Below are positions 58,043 through 64,000 of a stretch of DNA of 64,000 bases, in pieces. The position numbers and the translations under genes were made by a program. Every line of letters begins with the position of its first letter. Position 1 is the stretch's first letter. The stretch is from Panacibacter microcysteis (GTDB lineage: Bacteria > Bacteroidota > Bacteroidia > Chitinophagales > Chitinophagaceae), in assembly GCF_015831355.1 (NCBI RefSeq), contig NZ_JADWYR010000003.1, forward strand, positions 340,422-404,421, in the 5' to 3' direction. The notes beneath the pieces were generated by a model. It was not told the DNA's origin and made no database searches. It saw nothing but the letters and a program-made list of their open reading frames with translations.

Positions 58043-61000
58043 TCTTTCGGCAACATAAGCTGTTGCAGTATTCTTATGTTGGCATCCTTTGCTGGCAAAT
58101 CAGCATCGTTCGTTGTTTGGCCTTCAAAAGTTTGTGCAGCCCAGGCAAGGCTTTTATTACCGGGATATTTTTTTACCTGCTCATTCAGCCATTGTACCGC
58201 TTTTGTATGGTCGCCTTTTTTTTCATAAGCCCATGCAGTAACCAGGGCATTGGCGGGTAAAAAGTTGCGGACAGTATTGTCTACAAGCGGCATAAATGCA
58301 ATTATTTTTTGCAATAATGCAGCTGTGTCTTTTGCATGGTTTTTAGTATAACATATGTACTGCATCCAGTCTTCCAGCCGGGTGTCTATATCATCATCGT
58401 AAGGTTTACCCACACCGAGATTCTCAGGCCATTTTCTTGCATCATTGATAAAAGTCAGTGCCTTTGTGTATGCGTGTTGATTCATAGCCGCTATTGCCTG
58501 CATCAGTTTTGCTTCCCTGTACAGTTCCCGTCCGTCTGTAGCGCCTTCAAAGGGAATGATATTTAGTTTGCTCAACAATACATCAACTTCTTTATACTTT
58601 TTATTCAGTAGTAATGTTTTGGCGTAAAGCATACCGATGATATAATTACCAGGGTGTGATTTGTAGTACGGTTCAACCAGGCTCAATGCTTCTGCCGGTT
58701 TATTGTGTGTTATGTAATATTCTCCGACCAGTTTATAATAGCGCCAGTGTTTATCCAGCGATAATGCTTTTTGCAGGTCTTGCAGGCTTTGCACCGTATC
58801 GTCTTTAAATATCGCGGCACGTGTTGCATACAACGGAGCAAAGGTGCTTTCATTGCCGCACTCCTGTAACAGTTTTTTACATTCGGCCACCCTGTTTCTG
58901 TCTTTGTAAATAAGTGCAAGGTGGTATTTTAATATCCAGTCCTGCTGTTGCTTTAATAACTGCTCCAGCACTGCACCGGTTTCCGATCTGAAGGGAAATG
59001 CAAGATTTGCATTGATCGTGCTGCAGTCAACCTTTGAATTGCTTAAGAATGCGAGCCAGTAACTGCTTTCGGCGTTTGCAGTACTTAATGAAAACACTTT
59101 GCCGGCGTCTTCTGTAAAGCCTGCATTGTAATACCATATACCTAGCTCTGCATAGGTTTCGTGTGGTAGTTCATTTTTCACAGATTGTAAAAATTGTTGT
59201 CTGTCGTTTTCATTGCCAAACCAGAGGTATTTTTCAAAACCTGCAAAATGATTCAATGGATCGAGGATAAGGATCGTATTGAGTTGTTGCATGGCTTTTT
59301 CACGGTTACCCTCCTTTCTGTATGCCAGCGCCTGTAGTTGTAAGGCATCCATATTGTAGCGGTTATAGTCAATAGCTCTGGTGGCATACCAGAGACTTTT
59401 CTCAACGTTTTGCTCTTTTAGATGAAGCCTGCTGAGTGCAGTGTAAGCAGCGCTTCTGTATTCACTTGAAAGGGTGGCTATGTCAAAACCATCTTTGGCA
59501 TCTGCTGTGTGGCCTAATGCTGCATTTGCAAGTCCATAATAGTAGTTTGCGTCACCGGCATGTGTATCGATACTTAATGCCTTACGTGCATATTCAAGCG
59601 CTTCTTTATAACGCATACTACGATACATCAACGCTGTCATGTTTACCAGAGATGGAAAATAGTTGTGGTCTTTTTCAAGACTCGCCAATAACTTTTCCTC
59701 TGCATCTGCGTAATATTTTTGATCTATGTATTCTTTACCCTGTAAGCATAAACCATACGTTGAGTTCCAGTCAAAGTCTTTTGGCGTTTCTACAGGCCTG
59801 CTTAAGTTATTTGCAACAGGATCACTTTCGTGCACCATTTTTGTTTTCCCCAGTGTTGCTATTAATTTATCTGCATCGGCAGTTAGTTTAATTGAATCTG
59901 CAAATACCTGTAAAGGTTGTAGTTTAATTTGTTTTGAATATATAACATTGCCCGCCTGTTTTATGTTTATAACATCATCAATCATGGCAACAGGGGAGAA
60001 GTAAACCTTCAACCAACCATCTTCATAAGTAACATTCAACGCCCCATATTCATTAGCCTCTACAAAGCCGTTTATTTTCATTACCGGGTACCAGTACTCG
60101 GTCCATGTATCCGTTGCATAAGGTGCAAAGCTTAAATGTTTAAATGGTGTAAATGTGCTGCCGGCCGAGTTCTGATTGAACAACCTGCCAGACTGTACTT
60201 CCACATATTGTCCGTCTGTGTCAGTAAGTAGTTTATCCCAAATCATACCCTGGCGCGACAAGCCCCAGATCCATATTTTCTTGCCGGCTTTATCATCATG
60301 ATTACCTACCCGGGCCATTCCATAATCATCGTTGTGCCAGTAAGCACCAAAGAAGTTTGTGTATTTGCCAAACACATGGTAAGATTTGTAGCCGCCGAAG
60401 TTGTTCTCTTCGTACCAGGAAATCTTTTTTCCGTTTGTTTTATTAATGGGCCAATTGGCGTATTCGCCTTCATGGCCAATATACTTTGTGCCGGGGTAAA
60501 CAAATTCCAGATTGCCTGCTGCTTTCAGGCCGGCATTCATCCAGTGGTAATAAGGTTGTTCTGTTGGTGTGGAATTGTACCAGTTTACATTCGTGGTAAA
60601 ATATGCCTTGTCTTTGGGTAAATTTACTTCCATGCGCCAGTTGCTGCGTGTCAACAGATCAAGCACGCCAATAATGCAGCTTACACTGCCATCGCTGTTG
60701 GTTTTTGTAATGTAGTCTACAGGCGTTGCGCAGTTGGGCGTGTGGCCAATTATACCAAAGTTGGCTTCCAGTCCGCCGCTTGTCCATGGCCCGCGCATGG
60801 CAACATCCCTGAATTTAATAACATGATTGTTATATAAAAATTCTTTGCCCGTTTTCTTTTCGGTTGCGCTCCAGATTTTACCGCCTATTTCCGGCAGAAT
60901 CATCAGCTTGATATAATCATTTTCCAGTTCAATTACTTTCCATTGTTTTTGTACAGGCGTGTCTGTAAAACCATCAAACCTGAAATATGGATAAACCGGA

Positions 61001-61146
61001 GACAGCAGCGGTATAGGATTGGGATCTGAGAAAGGATATGTGATAAATGGCTTATTGTATTCTCTAATCACTGAAGGTTGTTGCGCCACGGTTATGTGCG
61101 TCATAGAGGCAAGTAAGCAAAACAATAAACATCTTTTCATAAGCAT
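58039..61146 (-). CDS. Large secreted TPR-repeat protein (DUF5107-like)
   Basis: 1035 aa, signal peptide, N-terminal beta-rich domain then many TPR-like repeats. Confidence 0.6.
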   Translation of the reverse strand: MLMKRCLLFCLLASMTHITVAQQPSVIREYNKPFITYPFSDPNPIPLLSPVYPYFRFDGFTDTPVQKQWKVIELENDYIKLMILPEIGGKIWSATEKKTGKEFLYNNHVIKFRDVAMRGPWTSGGLEANFGIIGHTPNCATPVDYITKTNSDGSVSCIIGVLDLLTRSNWRMEVNLPKDKAYFTTNVNWYNSTPTEQPYYHWMNAGLKAAGNLEFVYPGTKYIGHEGEYANWPINKTNGKKISWYEENNFGGYKSYHVFGKYTNFFGAYWHNDDYGMARVGNHDDKAGKKIWIWGLSRQGMIWDKLLTDTDGQYVEVQSGRLFNQNSAGSTFTPFKHLSFAPYATDTWTEYWYPVMKINGFVEANEYGALNVTYEDGWLKVYFSPVAMIDDVINIKQAGNVIYSKQIKLQPLQVFADSIKLTADADKLIATLGKTKMVHESDPVANNLSRPVETPKDFDWNSTYGLCLQGKEYIDQKYYADAEEKLLASLEKDHNYFPSLVNMTALMYRSMRYKEALEYARKALSIDTHAGDANYYYGLANAALGHTADAKDGFDIATLSSEYRSAAYTALSRLHLKEQNVEKSLWYATRAIDYNRYNMDALQLQALAYRKEGNREKAMQQLNTILILDPLNHFAGFEKYLWFGNENDRQQFLQSVKNELPHETYAELGIWYYNAGFTEDAGKVFSLSTANAESSYWLAFLSNSKVDCSTINANLAFPFRSETGAVLEQLLKQQQDWILKYHLALIYKDRNRVAECKKLLQECGNESTFAPLYATRAAIFKDDTVQSLQDLQKALSLDKHWRYYKLVGEYYITHNKPAEALSLVEPYYKSHPGNYIIGMLYAKTLLLNKKYKEVDVLLSKLNIIPFEGATDGRELYREAKLMQAIAAMNQHAYTKALTFINDARKWPENLGVGKPYDDDIDTRLEDWMQYICYTKNHAKDTAALLQKIIAFMPLVDNTVRNFLPANALVTAWAYEKKGDHTKAVQWLNEQVKKYPGNKSLAWAAQTFEGQTTNDADLPAKDANIRILQQLMLPKD

Positions 61147-61208
61147 GTATTGATTGCTGTAAGCTACTCTTTTTCACAGGCAAATCTTTATGCAATCGTT
61201 TGATAGAT

Positions 61209-61270
61209 TTTATGAGCCAGGCTGTATTACTACTATGAAGCTTTCGTTGCATCGCACTCTTGTGCTGAAT
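61209..61270 (+). repeat. Interspersed repeat R26 (A-type variant)
   Basis: ATGAGCCAGGCTGTATTACTACTATGAAGC...TTGCATCGCACTCTTGTGC (61247-61265). Confidence 0.8.
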
Positions 61271-61339
61271 AACTTTATTCAACACATTTACAGTTTGGTT
61301 TTATTTGTTTGTGCCGCTGGAAGATTGCAGATGTAACAC

Positions 61340-61438
61340 CTTCGATCCGCATCGCTGCAGTCGCCATGAAAACCGAACGTACAAGTGAGTGACACAACCG
61401 GCGATGCCATGAAATACTACTGCTGGTATCCAAAAACT
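61340..61438 (-). repeat. Interspersed repeat R27 (B-type, reverse), full length
   Basis: GTACAAGTGAGTGACACAA at 61379-61397 + CCGGCGATGCCATGAAATACTACTGCTGGTATCCAAAAAC; minus-strand copy begins at T-tract of fusA terminator. Confidence 0.85.
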
Positions 61439-61440
61439 AA

Positions 61441-61500
61441 GAATAAAAAATGGTCTGACGGTCTCCGTCAGACCATTAAACAAAAACCCCGCTCATTACT
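61441..61500 (-). terminator. Two tandem rho-independent terminators after fusA
   Basis: CCCCGTTCAGTAATGAGCGGGG-TTTTT and GGTCTGACGGAGACCGTCAGACC-ATTTTTTA on the minus strand; repeat R27 follows directly. Confidence 0.7.
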
Positions 61501-61546
61501 GAACGGGGCTTCCTATCACTTATTACTTAAAACTTATTACTACACG

Positions 61547-63697
61547 CTAGTCTTCAATCTTCACTTTGCCTTTGTTCTTTGCCATCACTTCTTCTGCAAT
61601 GTTGTTTGGTGCAGGTGAATAGTGGCTAAACTCCATGGTAGAAGTTGCACGGCCTGAAGAAAGCGAACGTAACTGTGTTACATAACCAAACATTTCACTC
61701 AATGGAACTTTGGCTTTAATAACCTGTGCATTACCACGGCTATCCATGCCTTCCAGCATACCACGACGACGGTTAAGGTCACCTGTTACATCACCCATGT
61801 ATTGGTCTGGAGTGATAACTTCTACTTTCATGATCGGTTCAAGCAAAGTTGGTTTTGCTTTACGGCCAGCTTCACGGAAACCAGATTTTGCACAAAGTTC
61901 AAAAGACATAGAGTCAGAATCCACATCATGGTAGCTACCATCAAATATGCGGATCTTCATATCTCTTACAGGGTAACCTGCAAGCACACCTGTACTCATA
62001 GAAGTTTCAAAACCTTTCATGATCGCAGGAATGAACTCTTTAGGTATAGAACCACCAAAGATGTCGTTTATAAATTGGAAGTGCTTGCCTTCATTTTCTT
62101 TCAGCCACTCAGCATCAGCAGGTCCTATTTCAAACTGTATGTCGGCGAATTTACCGCGACCACCAGATTGTTTTTTCAGGATCTCACGGTGCGTTATGGT
62201 ATTGGCAAATGCTTCTTTATAAGCAACCTGTGGCGCACCTTGGTTCACTTCTACTTTAAACTCACGTCTCATACGGTCTACGATGATCTCCAGGTGAAGC
62301 TCACCCATACCACGTAAAATTGTTTGACCGGTATCTTCATCTGTATTTACACGCAGTGTAGGATCTTCTTCTACCAGCTTTGCAATGGCCATACCCATTC
62401 TGTCAACGTCTGCCTGTGTTTTAGGCTCAACGGCGATAGCAATTACCGGCTCAGGAATAAACATGTTTTCCAGCGTGATAGGATGGTTTTCATCACACAA
62501 TGTATCACCGGTTTTGATTTCTTTAAAACCTACTGCTGCTGCAATATCACCAGCTTCGATGAAATCGATCGGGTTTTGCTTGTTGGCAAACATTTTCATG
62601 ATACGGCTGATACGCTCTTTCTTGCCACTTCTTACGTTCAATACATAAGAACCGGCATCAAGGTGACCGCTATAACAACGAAAGAACGCCAAACGACCAA
62701 CGAAAGGATCGGTCATAATTTTAAACGCCAACGCTGCGAATGGTTCTTTGGGATCTGGCTTGCGTACCAGTTCTTCACCTGTAGAAGGATCTGTACCTTT
62801 AATGGCTTCAATATCAACAGGAGAAGGCAGGTAGCGGCAAACAGCATCCAGTGCAGTTTGTACACCTTTATTCTTGAAAGATGAACCGCACATCATTGGT
62901 ACAATGCTAAGGTCGATACACGCTTTGCGTATCGCCTCATGCACTTCATTCTCAGAAATAGATGTTGGGTCATCAAAGAATTTCTCTAATAATTTATCAT
63001 CATATTCAGCTACTGCTTCTATCAGGTTTTGCCTCCACTCTTCAGCTTCAGCCTGCATATCTGCCGGAATAGGAATTTCTTTGTAAGTCATACCCTCTGT
63101 AGCATCATCCCATATAATACCTTTCATGGTAATAAGGTCAACAACACCTTTAAAGTTGTCTTCTGCACCAATAGGTAACTGCAATGGAACTGCTTTCGCA
63201 CCCAGCATTTCTTTAACCTGTGCAACTACCATCAGGAAGTCAGCACCGCTGCGGTCCATTTTGTTTACAAAGCCAATACGTGGTACGCTGTAACGGTTAG
63301 CCTGGCGCCAAACTGTTTCAGACTGAGGTTCTACGCCGTCAACTGCTGAGAACAATGCAATAAGGCCATCCAGTACACGCATAGAACGCTCTACCTCAAC
63401 GGTAAAGTCAACGTGGCCGGGAGTATCAATAATATTAAAGTAGTATTTCTTGGTGTCCGGAGTTTGCGTTCCCTTATCGGTAGGGAAAGCCCACTGGCAG
63501 CTTACGGCTGCTGAGGTAATGGTGATACCTCTTTCTTTTTCCTGCTCCATCCAGTCGGTAGTTGCAGCACCTTCATGCACCTCACCAATTCTGTGAATCA
63601 TACCGGTGTAGCGCAGGATACGCTCGGTGGTAGTGGTTTTGCCGGCATCAATGTGAGCGGCGATACCAAAGTTGCGTTGTAATCTGAGATCAGCCAT
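61547..63697 (-). CDS. fusA: Elongation factor G (stand-alone copy, not in str operon)
   Basis: [10 protein letters not shown]1 motif, DTPGH, NKMDR; full 716-aa EF-G architecture. Confidence 0.9.
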   Translation of the reverse strand: MADLRLQRNFGIAAHIDAGKTTTTERILRYTGMIHRIGEVHEGAATTDWMEQEKERGITITSAAVSCQWAFPTDKGTQTPDTKKYYFNIIDTPGHVDFTVEVERSMRVLDGLIALFSAVDGVEPQSETVWRQANRYSVPRIGFVNKMDRSGADFLMVVAQVKEMLGAKAVPLQLPIGAEDNFKGVVDLITMKGIIWDDATEGMTYKEIPIPADMQAEAEEWRQNLIEAVAEYDDKLLEKFFDDPTSISENEVHEAIRKACIDLSIVPMMCGSSFKNKGVQTALDAVCRYLPSPVDIEAIKGTDPSTGEELVRKPDPKEPFAALAFKIMTDPFVGRLAFFRCYSGHLDAGSYVLNVRSGKKERISRIMKMFANKQNPIDFIEAGDIAAAVGFKEIKTGDTLCDENHPITLENMFIPEPVIAIAVEPKTQADVDRMGMAIAKLVEEDPTLRVNTDEDTGQTILRGMGELHLEIIVDRMRREFKVEVNQGAPQVAYKEAFANTITHREILKKQSGGRGKFADIQFEIGPADAEWLKENEGKHFQFINDIFGGSIPKEFIPAIMKGFETSMSTGVLAGYPVRDMKIRIFDGSYHDVDSDSMSFELCAKSGFREAGRKAKPTLLEPIMKVEVITPDQYMGDVTGDLNRRRGMLEGMDSRGNAQVIKAKVPLSEMFGYVTQLRSLSSGRATSTMEFSHYSPAPNNIAEEVMAKNKGKVKIED

Positions 63698-63867
63698 AAA
63701 AAATGAATATTTTAGTTTTCGGGCGGCAAAGGTAGTAAAATCTCCCAGAAATCAATGTTTTAAACTAAACTTAACACCTTTTGGGGAAAACATTTTTAGC
63801 CGCCTGTTTTACACGGTCGTCTCACCGGATATCACCCGTTAAAAGAATCATGGATCCGGCAATGGAA

Positions 63868-63940
63868 CCCTGTGGCATCGCTTGTTGCGTCGCACCCTTG
63901 TACAGTATAGCCATGGGCATCACATCCGGGTGCAGCGGCG
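63868..63940 (+). repeat. Interspersed repeat R28 (A-type variant)
   Basis: CTGTGGCATCGCTTG + TTGCGTCGCACCCTTGTAC (63885-63903) + AGTATAGCCATGGGCATC...GGTGCAGCGGCG. Confidence 0.8.
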
Positions 63941-64000
63941 TAATAAACACGCTCTTCTTCCTGGTTCGCAGGTCAAAAAGAGCATCGAAAAAGCGTTTTC

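Noticed and set aside
1455-63940. Possibility that the recurring motif is a CRISPR array
   Set aside because: Copies are 1-5 kb apart and separated by genes. They are not regularly spaced with short unique spacers, and no cas genes are present.
1455-63940. Possibility that the repeats are integron attC sites, since they follow stop codons in gene orientation
   Set aside because: The flanking genes are core housekeeping genes on both strands. There is no intI, no cassette array, and the core lacks the GTTRRRY / RYYYAAC attC sites.

Overview
This 64-kb window looks like a chromosomal segment from a Bacteroidota genome, probably a Chitinophagaceae-like soil bacterium. The evidence is SusC/SusD pairs, type IX secretion (T9SS) C-terminal sorting domains, a long NusB followed by DUF1573 and YajC, and about 45% GC. 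Most genes are housekeeping or nutrient-acquisition genes: sucC, purC, folE with two PTPS/QueD paralogs, fabD, rplT-rpmI, nusB-yajC, uvrA, rpiA, a stand-alone fusA paralog, sulfatase and metalloprotease T9SS cargo, and a flotillin. Two things stand out. The first is a very dense family of 60-100 bp interspersed repeats, at least 27 copies, present in almost every intergenic gap longer than 100 bp. They share a 19-nt asymmetric core, TTGCGTCGCACTCTTGTAC or the variant TTGTGTCACTCACTTGTAC, flanked by modular arms that are imperfect inverted repeats. They usually start at the T-tract of an intrinsic terminator or at a stop codon, and most sit in the same orientation as the upstream gene. The second is a SusC/SusD-linked putative phosphonate or aminophosphonate catabolic locus: an XRE-cupin regulator, SusC, SusD, an NPP-type alkaline-phosphatase-family enzyme, a PhnZ-like HD oxygenase, a PhnX-like HAD hydrolase, a polytopic membrane protein and a TIGR03364-like FAD oxidoreductase. 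No CRISPR array, integrase or transposase was seen. There is one tRNA, Gly-CCC.
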